Shown here one piece after another: positions 39,777-49,703 of a DNA stretch of 49,703 nt. The DNA is taken from assembly GCA_000934665.2 (NCBI GenBank), contig JYFJ02003320.1, positions 1 through 49,703 of the forward strand. Reading direction: 5' to 3'. Both the position numbers and the translations under genes were made by a program. A model generated the notes under the pieces. It worked only from the letters and a program-made list of their open reading frames with translations, was not told the origin of the DNA and did not search any database. The stretch's first letter is position 1; the number at the start of each line of letters is the position of its first letter. The stretch comes from Catajapyx aquilonaris (Eukaryota).

Positions 39777-40114
39777 TTTTTTTTTTTTTTTAGTTGTACC
39801 CCGTTATCTGGCCGATAGGTCATTTCTAGGGGGGTGGATTACCACCATTTGGGGTTTGGAGCGATGTACATGGATATACTTAATTGCTCCAAGGGTAATT
39901 AGGAGGGGATGTGCAAAGTGCAAGTGCGCTGTCGTTAATTGGTCATTTTGTGAACTCCCCCGGGTGGCTTAGTCTATCGGAAATTGCCACCCGAAACGAA
40001 GCCAGAGATGGCCCAACTCTGCACGAAAAAAGGTGGGAACCCCGGGTGGGGATTGAACCCGGGACCTTAACTTCCGTGAGTGCACGCGTTACCGCGGCGC
40101 CACTCCGTCTCCCC
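39777..40114 (-). mobile_element. tRNA-derived SINE, family A
   Basis: Colinear with 13376-13708 over its whole length; poly-A tail; imperfect TSD AACTAAGAGA / AACTAAAAGAGA. Confidence 0.9.
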
Positions 40115-40432
40115 TAACTAAAAGAGAATTTGTCCATGTAGTAGCAAGTGTGGATTAAGTCATGTTATGGAGAGTGCAGAAGGAAGTAGCATTCAGGTGA
40201 GATATGAGTTGCAATGCCCATGGGAGCCTCATTGAACATTATTTTGTGAACTTCATTAAGAATTTAAATGTTGCGCCTTCATTGAACACAGTTTGGGCTC
40301 AAATTCATCCTGTACAAAAAAGAATAAGCCTTTACTCTTGTACTTTAATTTATAGTAACCTTGTACTTAACCCAAATAGGGCCCTGTGCCATATCATATT
40401 TTTCTAGAATTTGTAGGGGGTGGTCAGGAAAG

Positions 40433-40435
<3 letters not shown>

Positions 40436-40511
<76 letters not shown>
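40436..40511. repeat. (AT)n microsatellite
   Basis: Perfect AT dinucleotide run of ~75 bp. Confidence 0.97.
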
Positions 40512-40514
<3 letters not shown>

Positions 40515-40651
40515 AGCATCTGCAATGGTTAAATTGCATTCAAAGTTTCCATCTCTGGTTTATCTCCAAGGCTAAGACAATTTGGATTACAGCTGATGCA
40601 CAATTCTATTGCTACTGGCTGAGGACTCACGCATTTCAATGGGTTCGCTAA

Positions 40652-40779
40652 TGCCTGATTGCACCAACTGAAAATTACCAATCCGATAGCTCCTAATGGA
40701 TTTTTAGGAGCCCTTTTAACATGTCCTAACTGTCTGTTAGGAGCTATCGAATCGGTAATTTCGTTGGTGCAATCAGGCA
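40652..40779. mobile_element. PIF/Harbinger-type MITE
   Basis: TAA|TGCCTGATTGCACCAAC ... GTTGGTGCAATCAGGCA|TAA, with further internal arm complementarity. Confidence 0.88.
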
Positions 40780-40856
40780 TAAGAGTACACTTGACTCTGG
40801 TATTTTTTTCAACATGATCACTTATCAGTGCCACCCACACCAATAGCAGTGTCTAA

Positions 40857-41015
40857 AGGCCAAAACACAAAAAGACTTTGCGGCAGCGGCAAGCGGCAAA
40901 CGCGTGCCCCGCCAATTAATCTTATTGGCAATAATATGCCCCGCGACAAATATGCCACAACGAGCGCCGTTTGCCGCGCGATTTTTTTTTTTTTTTTTTT
41001 TTTGTGAAATGGCCT
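40857..41015. mobile_element. PIF/Harbinger-type MITE (short imperfect TIRs)
   Basis: TAA|AGGCCAAAACACAAAAA ... TTTTTGTGAAATGGCCT|TAA; internal GCGGCAAACG / CGTTTGCCGC stem. Confidence 0.65.
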
Positions 41016-41124
41016 TAACAAGGCTGATTTATGAATAGCGGTGGTAGAAACCAAAGAGAGCCTTCATGTACCTCATTTATTTGTAGATATTTCATGTTAA
41101 TATGAGCTACTTTTTCTGTCATAG

Positions 41125-41358
41125 GGTGGATCCACTTTGGGCATGGCATCACAGCATTCCCACATGAGGAGATTCACACTGACGGAGCATGCATCGGAGC
41201 AGCGGAAGCTACATCGCAGACTTCTTATGCACCTGCGAAACAAAAGGCTGGGCAAGGTAGGCAGCTCCAGTGAGGACAGCGACTCTGCCGATGATGGTGA
41301 CGCCTCCTCCGACGTATCCGACGCCGAGCTAGACCTCGACAACTACTACTTCCTCCAG
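41125..41358 (+). CDS. Axud1: CSRNP/Axud1 exon (GGSTLGMASQHSHMRRFTLTEHASEQ...ELDLDNYYFLQ)
   Basis: TTTTTCTGTCATAG| acceptor and CAG|GTTTCT donor; 78 codons. Continues the family motif PSQ|GGSTLGM and ends with the conserved YFLQ. Confidence 0.96.
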
Positions 41359-41612
41359 GTTTCTCTTACCTTCTCACTCCTCTTTTTCCAATTGGTTTCT
41401 AACGGGCACATTTGCCCTTAAGTTTTTGTTGCAAGCTAGCTCAACATTGCAGTTAGCATGCAATGTTCTGAAGAGGCTCACATTACATAAACATAGGCTT
41501 GAAATTTTGTACAATGTCATTTGCACAGAGGAAGGAAAATAGGAAACTGATGATTATCTTTCCCTAGTCACCTTATAGTGTGGGGAGCATAAATTGAAAT
41601 CCTAATATGGTA

Positions 41613-41773
41613 CAGTGTTGGTCATAAATCGAGGCAACTGCCAGCGACATTTTCCGAAGCTGCAGAAGAAGGAATCGAAGATAAGCATACTTACAAGCCG
41701 GGCGAGCAAGATTCCTTCTTCTGCCGCTTCAGAAAATGTCGCTGGCGGTTGCCTCGATTTATGACCAACACTG
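41613..41773. mobile_element. Tc1-type MITE (CAGTG termini, ~65-bp arms)
   Basis: TA|CAGTGTTGGTCATAAATCGAGGCAAC ... GTTGCCTCGATTTATGACCAACACTG|TA. Confidence 0.92.
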
Positions 41774-43228
41774 TACTGTAACAGTGGTTGTCTGCATGTG
41801 TTGGAGATCCTTGTTTTAACTTTGGGGAAGAAACATACAAATACGTAATTTCTGTCTTGACCCACCATAAGCTGCTACTTACTTGAGTTTCGTTTTCCTA
41901 CTCCTAGTTGCCAATGAATAATGTTGGCATGATACATAATATGTTAATGTCTGATTAGATCGCCATTGTAGGGTATAATAAGATGGTCAGTCCTTAGGTT
42001 CATTACTCCTAGGTTCAAAGTCACCAAGGGCACCAATGAATGGGGCTTGTATTTATAGACGGAGAGCATGACACATCAGCTAGTACTTCATAGATGAATG
42101 TAACGAGGGTGAATGATCGCCTGGCCTGAGCTGCATCCATGCCTCATAAGACAGGAGCCTGGAATGGGCATAGGTGCAGTTGTAGTCAGAGTATGCTCCT
42201 GTGCTCCTCAACTGTTTTCTCAGCAGCCATAGTAATTGTTCCTGCTCAGATCAACTACCTGCTTGGCAAAGACTTGATATCCTCCTGAGACCTGATGACG
42301 TCATATGTCGACATCAGCAAAAAAAAATTGGCGCCAACTAGTGATGCCAACAGAACTGTAATCTGTTGGTATCCCATGATTACAATCTGGCCTCAATAGG
42401 TGTAGTCACCTAGTGTCGAATATCTGACTTGGGCCGCGAAAATGGCAGATGCCGCAGCTGAAGCTAAATGCTCATCTGATAAGTTTTATTTTTTTACTCG
42501 TTTAGAGTGAGATTTTTGCAATGCAGTGAATGTCCTGGGATTCGCAAGGAATGTGTATTAGGAAATACGAAAAGATGTGTCTGTGACAATTTTTGTTGCT
42601 GGAGAGAACTGGTAATTTACTTTTCTTCATGAGAACAAATGTCCATTTAAATAGACATCCGGAATTTGTTTTTTTAGCTGAATGAGCTGTGACTTTTCTT
42701 TAAGTGCCTGTATCTATACACCCACAAGGAAGTGTACTTTGCACTACAGTTCAGTTTTAAAATCTAGAATAGTGAGGTACCATGCTAGGGGGTAAGAAGG
42801 GAAGGACCAAGCTCCATGCCTGGAGTAGTGGCATTAAAAAATAATTGCAGTTGATCTTTAATTGTCTTCGGAGATGAATTGCTACCACGAATTCCACAAA
42901 TGAATTTTTAAAACATTGTTTGGAAGAAAGAGAACTATGTTCGTAAATATTTTAGAACTATACTTTTTTTCTCGTATCTTATTGGGAAAATGTTCAAAGT
43001 GCAATAGGAACTGACAGTGCGTTACTCAATTCTTGTCAGGGTTCAGGAGGATATAGTTCCATATTTTGAGTACATAAAGTTATGTTCATCTTGAATAATG
43101 AAAGTATTTATTGATTAATATATTGGCATCCCAGCTTGTCCCTCACGAAGGGATAGCCAGTAATAACTAAACTATGTACAAGAATGACTTGCTGCATCTC
43201 ACATGACCATATACAGGAACCTCTAGAA

Positions 43229-43295
43229 CTGTGCTTCGCAAACTGTGGGTCGCAACCCCAAATGGGGTTTCGCACTTAAAATTTGTGGTCACGAA
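43229..43295 (+). mobile_element. Probable hAT (Charlie-like) element end
   Basis: CTCTAGAA|CTGTGCTTCGCAAACTGTGGGTCGCAACCCCAAATGGGG resembles Charlie-type termini at their NTCTAGAN target; the other end was not found. Confidence 0.45.
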
Positions 43296-44544
43296 GGGGA
43301 GAGGATAACAAATATTATTTTCATAAAATGATTCTCTCTTGAAAATTATGTAAGTTACAGAACAAAGATCAGATACTCGACAATAGTTATCAAGGATTTC
43401 CATTGGCTAACACCGTTTACCTGGCTTTTCATATTGGGGGATCAAAATGTGCACATTATTACCATCTTTATTCCTAGAATAATTCATAACTGACTGCCTA
43501 CAGTTCATGATCTACTGGGTAATTGGCACAAAATCAGATGAGGGAATATGTCATGAATTACAAAGACTGACTTTACGGAAGTACACATTCTCTTTTTCAC
43601 CACTCCCTCACGGAATACCATCATTTTGCCTGCAATCAGTTAAGCATTTTAATCATTAAAACCTACAAATTAGTTCGCTTACACCATATTATTATTGTCT
43701 ACAAATCAACGAGAACTATGCATTAGGTTACAAATGACAGAGGGGTTGTTCATAAAATGTCATACTAGCTGGAGATGGAGAGAGAGAGAGATCGATGCTA
43801 GATTGATGAAGTGTGAAGTGATGTGGGGGGATGTGTTGACTGCCCATGCTGTCATGCTCAAAGTTGCAATGAAGAAATACTCAGACATTAAGGAGACAGT
43901 TTAAGAAATGTTTTCAAGAACATTCTTTGTTAATGCAGCTAGATGTGGTGCCAGGATGTGATCATCCCCATTCTAATGTGCACTTGCTCTCATAATGTAT
44001 AACATGCACTCCTGCAGGAAATCTTTCTTTTTACTTCAACCACAAATGCTCCTAGTTTTGTATAGGCCTACAATATTTCAACTCCCACAAGAAAGGCAAC
44101 ATTTGAGGGGGTAGTAGAAGAGTACATCTCAGTGTGATGTACCGGTATGCTTTGGGGAGAGGGTCTGGCCTAGGTTGATGGCATGTGACATGAGGGTAGT
44201 GGGGTGGGGAGAGGGGGTAGCCCCAAAAAATCCAAAAAGGATTGACAACATACAATGTGAGTTACCCTAAATGTGGCCTTTAAAATCTCAGCAAATTTTT
44301 GGGAGGAATCTACTTCATGTCATATGAGGAGTATGGGTGCTATGCATGCTGACATTTTCTGTTTATTAATAGTCCCAATACTGCTCCAGTTTTGTGTGAG
44401 GCATCATCTTCTTTCAAACTGCTTTTTGTTGCTCATAGTGTTGGTGTATGTGGGACGTAACTGTTAATTATAGTACGTATGACAGTGAGTGTAGTTCAGC
44501 ATGAAGACCTTATTTGAGAGGTAATATTCTTGCCCATCCCATGA

Positions 44545-44614
44545 GTCTCTGTAGTTCAGTGGCAGAACACACTCTCATCTGAGTGCGACCTGGGTTCAAT
44601 TCCCAGCAGAGGCA
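44545..44614 (+). pseudogene. tRNA-like cloverleaf (Gly-like scaffold, 6-nt anticodon loop): tRNA pseudogene or SINE head
   Basis: Acceptor GTCTCTG/CAGAGGC, D arm GTTC/GAAC, anticodon stem CACTC/GAGTG with loop TCATCT, variable loop CGAC, T arm CTGGG-TTCAATT-CCCAG. Confidence 0.7.
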
Positions 44615-44952
44615 AACGGGCTCTGACTGATGGAGGGAGCAGTTATGTCCCTGCAATTTTAGAATAATGGTGATTTTGTTGTTAATCATGAGGCCTTTTT
44701 ATAGCACTTTCTTTTAGCCTGAAACTTAATTCTGAGTGGTTCAGGGAAGTATATAGGCCCTATTGTATATGGAAAGGAAAAGGATTTGTATTGCTAACTT
44801 TTTTTTGAGTTCTTAACATTTTGCTGGTGACCTACAAGAGTCAATTGACTTCATCAGGTTAATGAGGAAGTGGCCAAACTTGTAATATAGTCTGAGGAGG
44901 TGAAAAAGAGACCTTTCGCAACTGGGGGGTAATAAATGTCATCTTTTCTCAG

Positions 44953-45132
44953 CCTGTGCCAACCCGGCAACGAAGAGCCATGCTACGGGCAGCTGGTGTA
45001 CGCAAGATTGATTCCCTCGAGAAAGACGAGTGCCGCAGTATTCGAAGCTCCAGAGAGTTTTGTGGTTGCAATTGTAAAGTGTATTGCGATCCTGACACCT
45101 GCTCCTGCTCTCAAGCTGGGATTAAATGCCAG
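44953..45132 (+). CDS. Axud1: CSRNP/Axud1 exon, Cys-rich core ([60 protein letters not shown])
   Basis: CTTTTCTCAG| acceptor, CAG|GTTGAT donor; 60 codons matching the CSRNP 'RRAxLRAAGV..ID..EK.E...R.SRE.CGC.C..YCDP.TC.C...GIKCQ' pattern. Confidence 0.97.
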
Positions 45133-45255
45133 GTTGATACACTAATCATTATTAAAATTCTGTAGCTAAATAACTTGTTACACAAATTCAACCAATTGTA
45201 TGACATGGGCAGACAATGTGAAACTAATGGTGCTCATTTATTTAACCTGATATAG

Positions 45256-45441
45256 GTAGATAGGCTGAACTTCCCTTGTGGCTGCACTCGAGATGGGTGT
45301 GGAAACACCAATGGACGGATTGAATTCAATCCCATCCGTGTACGGACTCATTTCATCCACACACTTATGAAGCTGGAGTTAGAGAAAAAGCAGCTGGAAC
45401 AAGTGGAATTACAGCAGCAGCGACATTCTCATCATCACCAG
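45256..45441 (+). CDS. Axud1: CSRNP/Axud1 exon ([46 protein letters not shown]...HHHQ); absent from the ORF track
   Basis: Translated by hand from the TATAG| acceptor at 45255 to the CAG|GTAACA donor; 62 codons carrying the conserved end of the CSRNP domain ([29 protein letters not shown]). Confidence 0.97.
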
Positions 45442-46499
45442 GTAACATGCTAATGTGACCATTGTTTACAGTGCAGGGCTGGATCAGTGAACCCATGATA
45501 CTGTATATGCTGGAAAACCAGTGGGAGCACATGCAAAAAGTTATTCTGTCAGCTGGAATATGCAGGACCAATGACATAAAGTATTGCGAAGTTCTTGGAA
45601 GAAGCCTGTTCCCCTTTCTCTTCATGAAAGCAGTTCCCCAATTGCATTCTAGCACACTTTCATTAAGAAACATCCAGGTGGAATGGAGGCCAGTTTCCTC
45701 CTGGGAACTATGGAGCAGTGTGAGGGAGAGTGTATGATATAGGTCTGGGTTGTGATTGCACGTGGGGACTAGTGTTTGAATGTAACTCCTTCCTCTGCTT
45801 CCATCATATGACAGGTTGTAAAATTACTACGAAACACAATAGCTCAGAAGTGACAATTTGGGTCATTGGGTGTCAGCATTGTTTATTTGACTAGCAGGAT
45901 ACCCATAAATGCCGGGAAATAAAGCACTCAGTTGGTGACCACTTGGTTGTGACCTCAGAGGCCAAATTTTGTCACCTGCACCTGCATTTTTGGGGTCAGG
46001 TAATTGGTCAGTTGCTGAAAGGATATCATGCAGGACATTTCTGATTATGCTATTCAACTTTTAAAAATATACTTGCCATAATGAAAATTATTAAAAGAGT
46101 CCAACAACCTGTGGAATTGGGAGAAATCTTCTGGCCATTCTGTAATAAGATGAGATTGAAAATGAGTTGTTATTGTCATGTCCAAACAGAGAGCACTTTT
46201 GAGGTCAATCCATCTTTTCATTATTATTAAATAAATTAAAACACTTTCAGACCTTATAAAATTTAATTCCCTTAAAACATTTGTTAGTTCGCCTCAAGTT
46301 GAATTAGCCTATTTTGAAGAATACTCATGCTCCGAAAGAATTTGTATTTTTTTTCCAAAGGAGTTCTTTGAATTAAGTTGCAAATTGCTTAACACTGAGC
46401 ATCTCTCACACTCAGGGTTGAAAATAATTATATTGTTGGTATATGCCACACAGATCTTTTCCAGCACAGGGAGATATTTTTACTGTGTTGCATTTGTAG

Positions 46500-46751
46500 G
46501 ATGCACAGCAAGCTGGAGACACTACAGACCAACAGCAACAACAAGCAATGCAGCAGACTTTTGACTTAGTAAAGGGAGCTACCCAGTGGACAACTGAATT
46601 GCATGCTCAGGAGCTTGAAGCACGAGTTAAACTGCAAATGCTGGATTCGACTGCTACTTCAACAAGTCAGGCATCCTCCTCACAGCAGTTCAGTCAGCAG
46701 AAGTTTAACGGTAGCCTCTTAAGAGATGTAGCCCTAAGTAGTGGGATGGAG
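46500..46751 (+). CDS. Axud1: CSRNP/Axud1 exon, Gln/Ser-rich linker (DAQQAGDTTDQQQQQAMQQ...LSSGME)
   Basis: CATTTGTAG| acceptor, GAG|GTAAGG donor; 84 open codons, phase 0 at both ends, in frame with both neighbours. Confidence 0.85.
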
Positions 46752-46808
46752 GTAAGGGACATTTTCACCACGATGTAGGCAGACAGATCATTATTTTTAC
46801 CATTTCAG

Positions 46809-47051
46809 GTGGAGTCATGTGTCAATTCTGGAAGCTACACCAACCTCCACTATGAAAATCGCATGCGAGAGATGTTACAACTGGAAGGGGGTGGGGGAAG
46901 CAGTAGCAGTGGGGGCTCAGCTGCAGCAGCTGCTGCGGCTGCGGCTGCGGCAGCGGCGGCGGCGGCCGCAGCAGCCGCAGCAGCCTCTGTTTTTTCTGCA
47001 GAGGAACTTCCAGGCAGAGAAGATTCGCTCGACCTCTACACTGCCTTCCAG
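46809..47051 (+). CDS. Axud1: CSRNP/Axud1 exon with 22-Ala tract (VESCVNSGSYTNLHY...LPGREDSLDLYTAFQ)
   Basis: Follows a 57-nt GT-AG intron; TTTCAG| acceptor and consensus CAG|GTAAGT donor; 81 codons. Confidence 0.87.
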
Positions 47052-47651
47052 GTAAGTAATCCTCCAGGTGCGTCCTTTGCAAGAGGCAGGTGCCATGGCC
47101 TTGGGACTATGCTGCAGAACTCACAAGTCTGGAGTCCTTGGTCTAATCCCTACCTCGAACAAGGACTGACTAGCCTATGTGAATGGAGTGTGGTGGTTCT
47201 GCCTGCTTTACTGCTCGTGAGGTTCATCCTCAGTTCCATCTTCAAACGAGGTGTTTAAAAACCACCACTTGCACCAGGCACAAAGGCACAATTAAGTGGC
47301 CTCATCTTCCTCGTATACATCATGGAACAGTTTTGAGTGAGTGTAAGAAGTTCACTTTTTGAACCATTAGACGTTGGGATGGTGCAATTTGCATCATTCA
47401 TGTGAACATCGACTTGGTACTCTGTTCAGAAACATTACACTGTCTCACATTCTCTTCTGTGGGGAGTGATGATGATTGATGAATACCTGGATCTGTGATT
47501 AAAGATGAGAACTTTCCTTACATGAAACCTCTCCCTTCTTCATCCACTCCATGTTACTGTTGACAGTTTTGGTTAAGCTGTATCAACCCACTGTGACAAT
47601 GTTTGTCTGTCAATGTCACTCTGCCATTCTAAATAATATTGTTGATGGGAA

Positions 47652-47900
47652 GGGTGGCATGGTGGGGTATTGGTTAAGATCACAGCCATTACACCTCTGA
47701 GGTGTCCAAGTTGATTCCCAGATTGGGTAGAGGAGTTTCTCATATATGAAGAGTTTCTATGGGTTCTGTCCATGTTTACATGGGTTTTTTTTTCTGGGTT
47801 TTCTAGTGTCCTCCCACTTTCAAAAGGCATCAGCAACAAGGTGATTGAATCAAGTAAGACAAATAAAAGGTCATCCCCAAAGGGCACAGGCTTATACCAC
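47652..47900 (+). mobile_element. Old, CpG-decayed family-C SINE
   Basis: CACCTCTGAGGTGTCC...GAGTTTCTATGGGTTCT...GGGTTTTCTAGTGTCCTCCCAC aligns with the reverse complement of 33790-33950. Confidence 0.65.
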
Positions 47901-48650
47901 CATGTTGACTGCTTAGACCTCAGAGAATGAGGTAGAGAGGAGGATGCCATTTATTGTGAAAGTTGGCAAGTTATTTACAGTAGTGTGCCAAAACATTAGT
48001 GACTGATTAACACTGATGGGGGAAATCAGGCAATTATCCATTCTCCCTTTCAAGTTTCTACTTGACATACTGTATACAGTATTTCACAGGCGAAATACAG
48101 ACACAATTTGCTCTGTTCTGCCATACCCTGCATGCCTGCAGAGCTACTGTACCAGATGTGCAATCTGAAACCTCCTCACTCTTCAATTTACTAGCTTTCC
48201 ATGGTATATGCAGTAAGACAGTAGGAGGGCTCTGGCACTAATAAGCCTTATAATTGTGTGCTGATTGAATAACTGAAAACAGGGCCACTTACTGCATATC
48301 TGTACACATGCACACAAGTGAATTGGCAAAGGGTGAAATGTGGAGGAAGTACTTGAAGTCAGGCATCACACATGAATTCTGAGGTTGTTGATAATCCAGC
48401 CATTCCATCTGCCCTGCCTGATAAGTAAGTAGATCGACCCCTGTAATCGTATAAGGTGGGGTCACTGCATGGATTACAAATTGTGGAGCTTTGAACCTTA
48501 TAAATCAAGTATGGTGCCAGGTAAACACTGTCTTCGAAATGAATTTGAGAAGCTATTATGTTTCTGAATGGAAGGTACTTCTTGCTTGAAAAGTATGGGA
48601 AACAGAATCATTATCTTTTCATGTAGCACATACTCAATTTCTTCTTTCAG

Positions 48651-49149
48651 GATGATTCATATTCAGAAAACAGTGATGAGTTCTCCAACGACAGCTTTGA
48701 AACTGGCGGCGGAACTTTCGTCGTTGTACCCACAACAGGCGAGTCCTCCAGTGCCGCCCCACAGGCTGCGTCTGTCACTCCTACCAGTGGTGGCGTTGCA
48801 TCTGCAAGTTGTGCTACATCCTTTTCCTTCCAAAATGGTGCTGGTGCTGCTTCCAGTTTTCAGGCTTCTTCAGACAGTGCAGGAGGAGGAAGTGATGTTG
48901 CTGTAAATGCAAAAGAAGGTGCAGGCACATCACCGTCATCATCCACATCTTATGAGGCTGCCTGCTTCAGCAATGCCTACTCTCAGCCACCATATCATCC
49001 GCAAGCACCTTCATACCCTGACCACTATCAGCAGTTATACAAAGTGACTACAGCAACACTCTCCAGCACAGCTACTTCCAGTTATACTTCTGCCCTGTAC
49101 CCATCTGCAACAGCTGCCGTGTCTCCTGGATCCAGCCCCCTTGGTCAAG
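48651..49149 (+). CDS. Axud1: CSRNP/Axud1 exon, Ser/Ala/Thr/Tyr-rich C-terminal region (DDSYSENSDEFSNDSFETGG...SPGSSPLGQ); 3' end uncertain
   Basis: Strong acceptor TTTCTTCTTTCAG| at 48650; frame open to TAG at 49197-49199. A likely phase-1 donor CAAG|GTGACT at 49149/50 suggests the gene continues beyond the window; otherwise the CDS ends at 49199. Confidence 0.82.
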
Positions 49150-49703
49150 GTGACTCCCCCCCTACGGATGCACTTGCATTTATGTATATTTTTAAATAGC
49201 ATGAGAATTACATGTTTACAAAATGTGTGGCCAAAAAAACAGGGATTTACTTATTCAGCATTTCCCCATATGGGATGCAAAATTTTGTTTGGGTGTGTAT
49301 AGGCACAAGTGATTGGCACAATTCATTTCATAATGTAATTGGGCTTATGTCAAGTATACGGGACATTTCCCGAATCAATTTGGAAACAGTACCTGCGGCT
49401 TGCCGACCCTTTGAATCGTCGTTTTGCTTCTGGGGTTGAAGTCCGGGACGTGACCAGGGACCCCGCAATTAATTCCTCAAGTTGTACCAGAATACAGATG
49501 GTGTCATTGTTTCTCTCAGTTCGAATCGTAAGTTGCTGGGTTACGGAGAAACACTCCAGCTCAAGAAAGCGTTAGGCAACAATGAAAATCTGGAAAGTTT
49601 ATTGCTTATCCGCATCTAGAGACGCGGCGGGGTTGGGAGTGCTGGGAAGGAGGTGGCAAATTTAAATGCTACGATGGTTGCTGCAGAACGACATGAGGTC
49701 ACA

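Noticed and set aside
45130..45263. AGGTTGATA / AGGTAGATA repeat at both ends of the 123-nt intron, suggesting intron gain by duplication
   Set aside because: Short, partly forced by splice consensus, and this intron position may be ancestral in the family; cannot be supported without orthologues.
47052..47258. Read-through ORF giving a hydrophobic alternative C-terminus
   Set aside because: It follows a consensus CAG|GTAAGT donor and a good in-frame exon exists at 48651; likely a chance open frame.

Overview
Eukaryotic genomic DNA with spliceosomal GT-AG introns, most likely from a large-genome arthropod (insect-like; the taxon is an inference). The one recognisable protein-coding gene is a + strand CSRNP/Axud1-family (cysteine/serine-rich nuclear protein) gene. 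Reconstructed CDS: join(34346-34687, 37408-38115, 41125-41358, 44953-45132, 45256-45441, 46500-46751, 46809-47051, 48651->=49149), at least ~880 aa and probably 3'-incomplete. All seven introns are phase 0. The protein carries large acidic, His/Asn-rich and poly-Ala tracts around the conserved Cys-rich domain. The upstream 34 kb is non-coding and CpG-rich, with candidate promoters or first exons at ~15.7 kb and ~29.6 kb and a possible divergent promoter at ~7.7 kb; the gene body beyond ~32 kb is CpG-depleted. The window is dense in tRNA-derived SINEs (at least four head/body families, several with 14-15 bp TSDs and a shared structured 3' tail), Tc1/mariner and PIF/Harbinger MITEs or foldbacks, perfect hairpins and microsatellites, including a 510-bp (GA)n. 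Almost all other ORFs in the supplied track are spurious. No prokaryotic systems, CRISPR arrays or rRNA were seen. Coordinates were counted by hand and may be off by a few bases.
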